Source: Sphagnum compactum (Eukaryota). Taken from it: a stretch of 64,000 nt of DNA. Of this stretch, positions 39,850 to 51,253 are shown piece by piece. Numbering within the stretch: the first letter of the stretch is position 1; each line of letters opens with the position of its first letter. The notes under the pieces are model-generated. The model did no database searches, had not been told where the DNA came from, and saw only the letters and a program-made list of their open reading frames with translations. The DNA lies in contig OZ234493.1 of the NCBI GenBank assembly GCA_965153455.1, positions 7,678,213-7,742,212 on the forward strand, in the 5' to 3' direction. The position numbers and the translations under genes are program-made.

Positions 39850-42510
39850 CTTTTGGAATATGAAAAAACTTGTTTAGTTGAAGGTTCAGGTTTTATTTTT
39901 TTATTTTTTTAAACGTCTCTTACAAATGATGCATGTGATATCCTTGGCTCAAGCTAAAAGTAATGATATCATCGATATAACATTTGGCAAAACCAAAACT
40001 CGACAACACTTGATTCACGATCCTTTAAAATTTTACAAGGGTGTTCTTGAAACCAAATGGCAAAAACTTTCATTAGTATCAAAATATTTCTCATCAAAAT
40101 AAATTTTCCAAAGTGTTATTTTGACTTTGTCACCCTCCTTCAATGGTAATTGATGATAACCAAATCACAAATACAAGGTACTAAAAACTTTAACTCTCAT
40201 GAAGCATCAAAAATATCTTCCAATAGAGTTCTGGCATATTGTTTGAACATGTATGCTTATTCATTGGATAATAATCCCCACACATGCAACACACAATCCA
40301 ATTGCCAAAAATGTCCTTATTGTCTAACATCAATATTGTCAAAGCATATTCATCCCTAGAAAATTCTATTAAATCTACATTCAACAACTTTAATATCCAA
40401 ACCTAAACTAAGGCCCTCTCCACCTCACGAAGCTTGTAAGGTCTCTTCAAAATTAGACTATCATTTTCCCATATGATCTGATATCTTACTCCTTTAATTG
40501 ACCCAATTCTTTCAAATTGAAAGCAAACCATGTCCAACATAATCTTGCAATAACCATTGTGTTGTGCACATCTCTTCCCTTATAACCATTGGACCAACAT
40601 CTAGTTCCCATGTGGTCATAGTCAACAGTACCTTGGGCTAGGATGACGAACTATCCCAGTTACCCAAGGCTAAAAACGTAACTTGTGGTTACTATGCAAA
40701 ATATTGGGAGGTACCACACTATTTTGGTGCCTTCACATCACCATTCTCCTTCCCAACACCCATTGAATTTATCTTGACATTTTTAGTCCCACATATGCCT
40801 AGGGTTTGCAACTTATGTTGTTACAACATTACCCCCCCCCCCCCCCCCCCCGGCACCAACATGGTTATTCCAATCGGTTATGCAACAAGTGGAGAATAGG
40901 GTGGACGAACCGGAAAGATTGTGCCAAACATGTTTGTTTAACCGAAACTAAATTAAAAAACCATGTGAGATAATTAAGGTTCATAACTTGCCCAAAAATC
41001 GACCTATGAACTCCTTTAGAAATGTCGAACTTGGTTGTGATGCCAATGTGCAAGCCCATGGCCCATCTTAAATCATCTTGGGGCTTCCATTCCTAAATGC
41101 TCGTGAATGTGGAAAATTCAAAAAATGTTGGTAAGGATGCTTGTGGAAGGCCAACCTTACTAGCCATTGTCAAAGGTGGGTAATTATCATAACAAATCGT
41201 GCATAAGTGGTGTCCTAAATCCAATATGTTATCCACTAACCATTTGGTGATTTGGGATGAATTGATATGTTTGTTAAATCAACTCTAATGGTGCTAGGTA
41301 AATCCACAACTAACAAAATTAATGTGTTTGCAAACCAATTGCCACAACATCCACTTGCATTAACTCAGCAATCCAAGCTTTGATCTAATGTCATCTGGCC
41401 AAAACAATTGGCCACAGGTCTCCCAATGGTAGATATTTTCCCAATATGTATGCACATGGCCACATTTGTGTGATTTGCAAATGTTACAACACATGAGTCA
41501 TTTCCCAAAAAATTCTTAATTTAGGGTTTGAAAGTCTTTGGCCTATGTTAGCCTATGAAAAATTGTTACACATCCATCCTAGAATGCCTAGATCTATTGG
41601 TTCAATCCTATTGAAATCTCGCACCTTAACAATGTGTTGTTGTTTTATCACAAGAAATCTTAAACAATTGATGTTGGTAATAAAATGGGATGTTGTTGTT
41701 GCAACATCTTAACATGACATCTAGAAGAAACAACTCGTGGATTTTGTTTTACATAATGGTATCATCATACTTAAATCCTTGATTGCAACACTATGACTAG
41801 ATTAGAATTAATGCCTTTAAACAACTTTAATAAGCATATCCCATCCTTGGGAATATCCCATTGAATAACCTTAATGTCTAATGGATCCAATCTTAATACC
41901 CCATTACCAACATTCACAAGTGTCTATGGGCTTGGTGATGAAAGAATGTGTCAAGCCTAATTAATAATATGACTAACCAATGCATGTAGTTTGGTCAATG
42001 TGCCCCATGATGGGAGTTACAGTTCAATGTGAAAGCCTAAATGAGTGATCTCTTGTGATCCTAGCATTGCCAATTCCTTATTGGAAGTTCATCCCAATCA
42101 TGGATGTTACCCTCCAATAGTTCAAACTCATGTGGAAGGTTTAAAACTCCATCCAACATAATGGATTTGTTGGATTTTCTAGCTTGCCACCTAATGAACC
42201 TCACTGACAATGAAGCATTGTAGTTAGTTCTCTACCATCTTAGGCGATAATATACAATTTCTTTCCAAAAATCAATGGTAATCCCCAAGGGATACGAAAT
42301 TGCACCCCAATCAATATGTCATAACATGCGTGACCACTCCTTCAACTAATATTGTAGTGTAATCTATTAGTTTGGTAAGATTAATTTGGATCACAATCTT
42401 TTGTTTAATTAACTTTTAAATTGTCTCTAAGCCATCCATTGATGTCAAAATGTGATATGGGCATGGTCCAAGATCAACATTAGTCAATTGAAGACTGTCA
42501 ATAGTGACTA
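39850..42510 (-). mobile_element. Degenerate Ty3/gypsy pol fragment: aspartic protease, DNA cytosine methyltransferase, reverse transcriptase
   Basis: Protease-like 'DLGPCPYHILTSMDG...GVVTH.YDILIG..YPLGITIDFWKEIVYYRLRW' (about 42480-42235). RT 'LIEFSRDEYALTILMLDNKDIFGNWIVCCMCGDYYPMNKHT' (ORF 40190..40387), then 'FGYHQLPLKEGDKVK', 'KFLPFGFKNT', 'AKCYIDDIITFS' (about 39990-39955) and 'HMHHL'. No LTRs, RNase H or integrase visible. Confidence 0.88.
40940..41890 (-). pseudogene. DNMT3-like DNA (cytosine-5)-methyltransferase domain embedded in the gypsy pol (pseudogenised)
   Basis: C5-MTase motifs in the correct order. I: 'GICLLKLFKGI' (41842-41810). II: 'YHYVKQNP'. IV: 'PIDLGILGWMCNNFS*A' (Cys codon 41570-41568). 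V: 'LSNPKLRIFWEM'. VI: 'AYIL' followed by a frameshifted GAA AAT ATC = ENI (about 41450-41432). VIII: 'DVVAIGLQTH*FC*LWIYLAP'. IX/X: 'WAMGLHIG...RSIFGQVMNLNYL' (ORF 40865..41059). Confidence 0.8.
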
Positions 42511-43632
42511 ATTATTTTAGGTAAATAAGTATATACATAAATGAATAAATAAAAATTATTTTAGCATTGATTTAAAAATAATAACAACAAATTATAAATT
42601 TTCTTGTTGTCTAGTTTCATTTGGTTAATTAAAAAAACCTGGTTTAAAAGCCCATTAAAAAAACCTAGTCAAAAAGACTAAATCAAATTGGACAGGTTGA
42701 AATGGACTTGTCCAAGATGACTAGTTAGTCAAGTTTGTGAATGTCACCTTTTGCTCTTTTTTGACCTAATTTTTCAATCAAATAAACTATGAATTCTTGT
42801 AGTGAAGATGGAGCTTGAATCTCTCTTGTTGACCATGATGTGATCCTCACAAGAAAATGTTTTTCTACATATTTTTGAATATTTTTCCTTACATTTGTTT
42901 TACATACATTTTCATACGATCTTATAAAAAACTCTTGTTTTAAAATCTTATGGGGATTTTGCAAGATTCATAAAATTATGCCATATAAAATAGACATGCC
43001 CATTGTGGAACACAAGTTCATAACCAAACATTTATCCATATATTTCAAAAAAATTTGAAATTCAAAAATAACTTAACAATAAAAAAGAAGCAAGAAGAAA
43101 ATGAACATATGTCTATCAAGAAAAGAAACAACATACGTCCGTAGACCAAAATGCTTTACAAGATGCATCAAACCCTCTAACTAAAAGACCCAATATTTTT
43201 TCTCATTTCTTATTCACTTTGAACAATTAAAAAAGAATGGGTGCACCAACTCGAGCATTACAATACCTTTTTTAATTTCAAAAATCCTCAAACTATATTA
43301 AGGATCTTAGTTCCACTTACTTACCTTCCCAAATCAAACATTACTTCCAAACCCTATATTTTCCTCAGTTTTTGTCCATTTGAAGTAATGTTTCATCACA
43401 ACATGTGTGCCAAGTGGAAGTTCACAATGTGTAAGGAAAAATATTCAAAAATATGTAGAAAAACTAACCAAACTATGTCAAAAGATTTTATGCTCTTCAA
43501 AGAATTAAGTATTTGGACACTTGCCTGTTTATCATGCCCCCATTGAAAATGATAAAACCTTTCAACTGAATATTCTTTACATTAAATAACCGGCTTGAGA
43601 GCACCATCCAATCATGAATATTATTTGAAGAT

Positions 43633-43985
43633 GCATGTGAGCTCACCCTAACCTAAAAACCTTCACCCAAATTCCTAGTGTATTTGGAGCAAAGAAGCAT
43701 GTGAGTTCACCCTAACCTAAAAACCTCCACCCAAATTCCTAGTGTACTAGTTTGAACCCCGTGCCTAATGCACAGGTGTGTTATTTCAACAATGTTGGGG
43801 TCATGTTTTAGTTTTTTTTATATATATATATTTTTTATGTGTTTTCTGTTTTATTATTATTTTGTATAATAAAAATAAAGTGTTTCTTTTTCACTTTTGT
43901 ATTTTCCCTAGTGTATTTGGAGTAAAGAAGCATGTGAGTTCACCCTAGCCTAAAAACCTCCACCCAAATTCCTAGTGTATTTTGA
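43633..43985. repeat. About 64-bp unit x 3, interrupted by a 160-bp insert
   Basis: GCATGTGAGTTCACCCTAACCTAAAAACCTCCACCCAAATTCCTAGTGTA units at about 43633, 43697 and 43930. The insert is 43747-43906. Confidence 0.8.
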
Positions 43986-44262
43986 GTAGAGAAACCATGG
44001 GGCATTTCAAACAACGAAATGGTCACACCTGAGGGCATTTCATTTTCCAAAATGTACCCCCTCTTTTTATTTTTACATGGAAGATCACGAAATTTTTTTA
44101 AAAATAAAAATTGTCGAGTTTTACACCATGTAACGGCCAAGGTCGCCGGAATGAGGGCCCGTGTGAAGCGGAACTGATTCCTATAATCCCAGTGGCCTCG
44201 GCTTGCGGACCCAATTCCGGTAATGCCAGCGGCCTCGGCCGTTACCGTACAAGAGCAAGAAG

Positions 44263-44900
44263 TCCTACGTAAAGAACCGATCCTATGTTTTTTTTTTTTT
44301 AGTGTTTTATTCGATCGTTTCTGGGGCGGAAGATTTCAAATGCTCCTTCCAAACGCGCCAGGTCCCTGGTCACTGGTCCCTAAGAACCCGCAAGGCTGTC
44401 ACTGGTGGCTTCCCAAATTTTGGAACGGACCCAAGCTTAATCCTTCTTTTAAGGATACAACTTCTTTTCTTTAAATGCCCAATTTCTTTTTCTTAAGACC
44501 AGATTTCTTTCCAAACCCCTAGATTTCTTTAACTTATGTTTTTTCTTTACAAAAAGATTCTTTATCAGAAAGAAATTAAATGAAAATTTCTTTTACAAAA
44601 AAATGTCAACTATTTAATAAATTCCATCAAATTTTTTAAAAGTCAAATTCAGAGATTTTATTCTTATAGAAATAAAAAACTACTAAAGAAAAATAAAATG
44701 ATGGAAACTAAACTAAGAAGGACAAAGCCAAAAGCCCCAGATGACATAAAAAGAAGGATGAAATTTTTAGGGCAAAAAGTAACGAAGACGGACAGCTTTA
44801 AGGGGGAAAAAGAAAACGGAAAGAAGAAAGGAGTCGAGAAAGAAAAGAGATAAAAGTGACAAAAAGAAAGCGAAAAATAGGATCGGTTCTTTACGCAGGA
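44263..44900. mobile_element. MITE-like element with 24-bp terminal inverted repeats upstream of PIMT
   Basis: TCCTACGTAAAGAACCGATCCTAT (44263-44286) versus ATAGGATCGGTTCTTTACGCAGGA (44877-44900), one mismatch. The interior is non-coding, and no clear TSD was found. Confidence 0.6.
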
Positions 44901-45471
44901 GGAGAAGGTTTCTCCTTTCGGCGTCCCCTCGGCCTCGGTATGCGTCGAAAAATCCGGGAAGGGCCTAAAGGAGAAACCTTCTCCCATACCGAAAACACAA
45001 GTGTTGAGAGCCAAAAAATCCAAGTGTACTGAATTCGCCCATTTGATGCACATGCAGTCAGGCGCCACAAGCGCGTGTACATGCATTACGAACTCACACG
45101 TATGAAATACGCCATGAAGAAACTCGCAGAAGAAGACGCACCTTGCTCAGCGTTGTGCTTTGGTGTTGTTTGTGTGTGATTACTGACTAGCGCTGACTTA
45201 ATTTTCGCCATGGCCTATGTGTGTGTTGAGATGTTTCTGAAGATTCTGCTGAGTGGGTAAAGTGAAGGTCACGAGATTGTGTTTTGGTTCTGCCTTTGTC
45301 TTTTCTTTTTTTTTCCTTTGTTCTTTCTGCCTACATATGTCGGGAGTGAGTTTGCAACGATTGGCTGTCTGTTGTCGTTGCTCTTGTCAACCGCCCCCGC
45401 ACAACCCTTGTGGTGCCACTGTCTTTCGTCAATCAGGTTGCGCTCCTCTTCGTGTTAGCGTCTTCCGCAAC

Positions 45472-47575
45472 ATGGAGGTATGTATGGGTTTTCTTCCTTT
45501 TCTGTGTTCTTCTTCCTCTCTTCATTCCTTTCCTGTAGGTTTTACAATTTGGGAAATGTATCTCTTTTTTTTTTGCTTTTTTGTTTCCACTTTCGGTGGT
45601 ATTCGCTACTGAAATGGTCATCTCCTATTACCGATATTCAGACAAATCAGCAACGGAAAAGAAAATCTCTCAATTCGGTGGTCTGTTTCATGGTCGGCAG
45701 TACACGCAGTGGCAACAATTCACGCCCAGGCATGAGCCTGGGGGCTATTAGGGTTCGCAGTTTGTGGTTATGAAATCCAATGACGACGAGCTTGGTAATT
45801 TGGATGTGAATCTATGGGTCTTATTCTGTGCATTGTTGCTACTGTATTAGGGTTTAGGTTAGGGTCTGTCTTTTCTACTTTCTATGCTGTTGGGGTTTCT
45901 CTATCTTTTCTAGAATGTCAGGAAGTTCATGGAAATTGAATAGCCTGTAGAATTATGTGGATACATTTTCAAGAACATTGTCTGCAGAAATCTGAATGCA
46001 GTGGTATAGCATGGTGAACCTGTGTATGTGGCTTCTAGAAATCTTTGTAGCACTGGTGGGATTGTGGATGCAATGCATAGGTGGTTAAGATACCTTGCGG
46101 TGTTGAAGGAGTTTGACTAGTCCCCAGTTTGTGATAGGTTTGAGGTTTGACAAATGAAAACTAGGAGAATTGACATTTCAGTGTTATGCTTGAAGTCTGA
46201 TATGGTTGTGGGATTGTGGAGCTAACACTACATTGCCTGCTACCTGCAACTTTTCCAGTATTTCTGGAGAGGCCGAACACAGAATAACAGAGAGCTGGTA
46301 GAGAGCCTGAAGCAGAATGGAAGCCTCCAGACCAAGAGGGTTGCAGATGTCATGGAACAAGTGGACAGAGGGCTTTTTGTGCCATCTAATGAGCTTCCTT
46401 ACATTGATAACCCCATGCCTATTGGTTACAATGCTACCATTTCTGCTCCTCACATGCATGCTGCCTGCCTTGAGCTGCTATCAGGACACTTGCAACCTGG
46501 GATGTGTGCCCTTGATGTAGGTGCAGGTGAGAATGCCTTCTATGTACCAGTGGACTTGTATACTCTATTAGTTGGAGGTAGAGCCTTTATTTGCACTTAT
46601 GATTCGAGCTCCCTTTTTGGTGTGAATTTTCTGTCCAGGGAATCAAATACTTCAAAGAATCTATTAGCTGGTTGATCTGTTGCCTGAAAGTCATTATGTT
46701 TCTCCAATCAGATTGATTTCCTCTCTATTCTGTAGTTGTAGGTCAAGCCTTGTGATTGATGCAAAGATGCAACTTTTATGTTGTATTGTGGGGAGGACAG
46801 CATTATGTGGTTGTATGCCATTATGCTTGACCAGTGCAGTTGATGCTGGCTTCTGTTGAATGTGTGTGTCTGCAGGCACAGGTTATTTGACAGCAGCATT
46901 TGGTATGATGGTTGGGAAAGAAGGCCGTGCAGTTGGCATTGAACATATACCTGAGCTCACACACCAGGCAATTGAGAATGTGCAGAGAAGCAGAGCTGGT
47001 CCTTTGCTTGCATCTGGCAGTCTTTCCTTGCACACTGGAGGTTAGTATTACACCTCATCACTAGCAACTGAACTGTGTGTAGTTTTGACCATGAAATTGT
47101 TAGGGCACATTCATTTTAAGGTTCTGGAGACTGGAAAGCTCTGCATCTATGAATTTTTTTTTCTACTTGAATTTAAATCATCTTTTGTAATGTTGGTGAA
47201 TGTGATACTGACATGTTGTGACACCTCTGTCTATGGAAATAGGGAGGAATATGAAGTCTCTGATTATCGAAAATTGTAGAAAAGATTTGCCTAGAGATCC
47301 TGATTGTCATAATGTGGTATGCAGATGGACGAGAAGGATATCCAGCAGGTGCACCGTATGATGCTATTCATGTTGGAGCTGCTGCTTCTGAGGTTCCTCA
47401 AGCCCTTGTTGATCAATTGAAGCCTGGGGGCCGGATGGTGATACCTGTCGGAGATATTTTTCAAGAGCTCACAGTGATAGACAAAGCCCCTGATGGTTCT
47501 CTGAAGCAATGGGGTGCCACCTCTGTCCGATATGTTCCCTTAACCAGCCGCCAATCTCAGTTGGGGCACAACTAA
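45472..47575 (+). CDS. PIMT: Protein L-isoaspartate O-methyltransferase
   Basis: Exons 45472-45477 (ATG GAG|GTATGT), 46259-46526 ([17 protein letters not shown]...[14 protein letters not shown]...ALDVGAG), 46876-47040 ([23 protein letters not shown]) and 47325-47575 ([34 protein letters not shown]...VRYVPLTS). The start may lie further upstream. Confidence 0.93.
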
Positions 47576-50500
47576 TACTACTTGCACATAAGACCTAAAT
47601 TTTGCTTGCTGACTGATCATAGACACTTTGTGTGATTGCTTTAAATGAATCAGGCTACTTGTAAAGCTGATTTCTTGTACATCCAGTTGGCTGCTGTTTT
47701 TTTTCTTGGCTCCTCATCCAGCAGAGGTCACTCTGCATTAGTGTTGATAGTAGTGCAGATACATACAAGTGGTGTGGTGACAACCGATTTTTAATGTGTA
47801 AAGGCCAACCATTGGGACTTTAAAAGATAACAAGGTTGCATGACTGCATGCCCTTGTGAGATTTGAAGAGGAACTGTCACCAGTATTCTTGTTTTTGTTA
47901 TTCTGAGTCTGGAGACTTGTCCATATTAGGTGTGAGGAAGATTTTTTCATAGCGAATAGTCCAAGTAGGAATCACCTGACGAGGAAGCCTTCCATGTTAT
48001 GTGTGGTGTATGCAGGGCACATGAGTGCCCTACTCTCAAGACTTCTGTCCTCAGGTAGTTCCATGTAATTTAGGTTTTGTCTTTGGAAGTCACAAATGCT
48101 CAGAGCTTGGATCAAGTCCATAGGGTTTTCCATCAGCTGACAAATCTTGGGGCCGCAATGATGCAAACATAGGGGTGCAATTTGGCAGTGCAGATAGAGC
48201 ACAGTTATTGCTGAAGGCTGTGCAGCCCATGTCGTGGTTTGGGCAGGTACTGTTCTCTTTTGCACTTTCCTATGCTTTAATGAGACTTCATTTGTGATCT
48301 GTTTTTGGAAATCACAACACAGTGGATGTACATTTGCAGATTTCCACATGGAAAGATTCAGCTCCTGGCGTCCAAGTATGGTAGAATACATACTCTGAGG
48401 CTGCTAGCCAATTTTGGACGGTGAGCATAATTGAACAGATTATATGTAATATCTGAGGTATAAGGATCAAGTATTTCACGACATTAAACATAGTGGAATT
48501 GTATTACCAAATAATGAAGAGACTTAGCAAAACTATGTTTGTCATTCCTAAGCAGCAGTAATAGGCCTGCTGATTGTGACTCCATGATGTGCAGAAATGT
48601 AGATGGTGCAGCTGCAGAAGAAAAAGAGGAAAGAGATGAGGGCAGTACCCAACAAAAAAGAACTTTGTTGCCTGGGGTGGCTGTGACTATTTTTTGTTTG
48701 TTTGTCCTGCCACTCGTCACCAGTACTTTCCTTCAGGCTTGGTCCAGGATATGCGTTCTTAGGCCAAGGCTTGCTTCCCCACCCTTCCAACTTAGTATTG
48801 TTGACACAAATAGTTTTGCTGACATTAATCTTGCCACTTAGGATCAAGAGGAGCACAACTGGATGGAGGAAGATGCACGAGAATGATGGGTACACTGAGT
48901 GTGAATGCTTTCATCTCCATTTCCAAGGTTTGTAAGCTGCTTTCCTTGTCACAGAATAATTATACTGTAGTGTTTAATGGACCAACTCGAGTTTCTTGGA
49001 AGTGCCTCTTTTTCTCTTCTTCACAGTTTTCCAAACAACACTTATGTGGATGAGCTGAATCATGAGTTCTCAAGCAGAATTTGTTGCACTCGGACTCCTC
49101 CTGGAGCTGTCATACAACCACTTGAAGCCTTGGCAAGTTTCAGGCAGCTTTCCAACCACCCAATTGGTGTGCTAGGAGAGTGAAGATGCTAGTTGGATTT
49201 TCTTGTGAATAAAGCTTCTCACTCTGGTAGTGGTTAGCAAATTTGAGGATTAAATTAGTCATGAAGATTGTGATACACTTCACAATTGAAAAGTTTATGA
49301 GTGTGTAGGATTTTAACAGACTCTGTTGAGGAATGTTGTGTAGGTTCTGTTTGGTGATTGAATGCAATGTTTCTGGATGCAGGATCTGCAGCTCTGGTTA
49401 GTACCAGTGGGATGCATCCTTCAGTTTTGGAAGGTCTGTCTTCAGCTTTATGCACCTATTTTGAGCATGTCTGAACTTTATACTTTGTATTCCCATCTTT
49501 CCAGGTCTTCATGTGAAAATAAATCAACAATAAGACCCAGGACACTGTTCAATGTGACCTTGGGTTTGGATGTGCTCCAAATTGAAACAGTGTATCTCTA
49601 TCTTGTCACTTGCCTCATAATATCTAGAACAGGAGTTGCAAAGAAAGTTGGTCACCCTTTTGTCTCAAGTTCAGTACATTTCTCATCCATTCCTTAATTG
49701 CATATTGTCCCCTCTCCAAAAGCTCTAGTTGCCCATTATGCTTTGCCTCGTGCTGGCTGACATCATGAATACCATCGCTTCCAGAAATGCAACAGAAAAT
49801 CAAGATGCAGGTTCGGGCATAATTTTTTCAAATAAATTTCAGCAGATTACATATAATCTACACACATTGGCAGAAGCTGAGGAAGTAAGTGGGAAAGGAA
49901 AAGGCAGCTAGACACTACCATTCATGATAAAAGTGATGGCCTGATACTTCATAATACACAAGGCTGTGACCTCACTCATTCTTGTCATGTTGTTTTTGGT
50001 TTGCTGGAACTCAAATAACAGTAGTTTGGTTACCTTATATGTTTCTCTGGAGTTTGTCTCTGCGATTGGATATTTGTGATTCACCTATGAGGTACTTGGC
50101 AGCTGATTTCTCTAAACTATGTGTAGATAAACTTAATGATATTAGAAAGCAACTGGTTAAGAGAATGTTGTCAAAAAATTATGGATGAGTCTGCGCATTG
50201 GTACTGCAAATGTGTGTTCTGCTGCTGTTTGATATTTGGCAAATATATAATGCTTAATCAGTGGAAATATTGGTGTTGCTCTCAATTTCCATCAACTGTG
50301 TGAACAGTTCCCTAGATGACAAGTTTCTCTTTAGTTCTCTCAATGAGCTGAATATCCCAGACCCTCTTAAATGGTCATTCAATGACCCTCAAGTTTTCTG
50401 GCTGCAGTAAAACTTGAAATTGTTGCTCTTGTTTGAAGCCTCACATGTGGAGAGGACTTCTTACAAGCAGAAGCTTATGGTTGGGCATGGATCCAGATTT

Positions 50501-50596
50501 TGATGTCAGTAGAACTCTTCAGGTAGCTGATGTAATGCATGCACTAATGTTTAAATGATTGAGTCAGTGCAGTAAATGTACATGAGCGTATGCTTA

Positions 50597-51253
50597 AATG
50601 CAAGCATGGAGGGTGCAATTATGGTAGGCAAGTTTTTGGGGCAAAACAACCTAGATATTGGCTCTAATTATACCAAAGTTCTACTATTCCTCTTTTCATG
50701 TAATTGACATGTTCATTGCATCCATTATACCTATCTTTTAGTCTTTTTTGACATCTTAACATAGATTAAGGTCTAATATCTCTTTGCAGTACTATATATT
50801 GGCATGTTCTTAAATAATGATTCTATCAAACATTTGTTCTACCAAATTGTCAACCTAAAGCACCTAGATGGAACCTTGCATTGTAGGCACCTCCAAATTT
50901 TTGGAAGCTACGAACTGATGTTACTTGGTAACAATGTAGATGAGTATGTGGATATGGTGAAGGCTAGGATTATTGACCTAGTGAAGGTTATTAAAATTGT
51001 TTTTACAAATGCAGCTAAATAAGTTATGTCAAAAAACAATTCTCCTCTATTTGTGAAAATTGTGATTTGGAGACTCCAATGGTTTGTGAATGTTTAAACA
51101 ATTCTAATAGTGTATTTGTATTTGGGTGGTTGTAATGTGTCATCCTTGATAACAACTATCAAAGTAGTGTTGGCTGATTTTCCAAAGGAAGAAAAAGAGA
51201 TGGTTGGCATGGGTGGCATGGAGGGAGTAGGTATGGGAGGTACGGACTACTAA
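50597..51253 (+). pseudogene. Intron-retaining 3' fragment of a mitochondrial-type chaperonin-60 (Hsp60)
   Basis: Three relict exons: about 50597-50678 (NASMEGAIMVGKFLGQNNLDIGSNYTK), 50940-51018 (EYVDMVKARIIDLVKVIKIVFTNAA) and 51136-51253 (VSSLITTIKVVLADFPKEEKEMVGMGGMEGVGMGGTDY*). They match the Cpn60 C-terminus including the GGM tail. Splice sites are mutated (ATAAGT donor, TGTAA acceptor). Confidence 0.85.

Noticed and set aside
47950-50550. ORFs downstream of PIMT (e.g. 48539..48841 with a hydrophobic stretch)
   Set aside because: No recognisable family and no consistent gene model.
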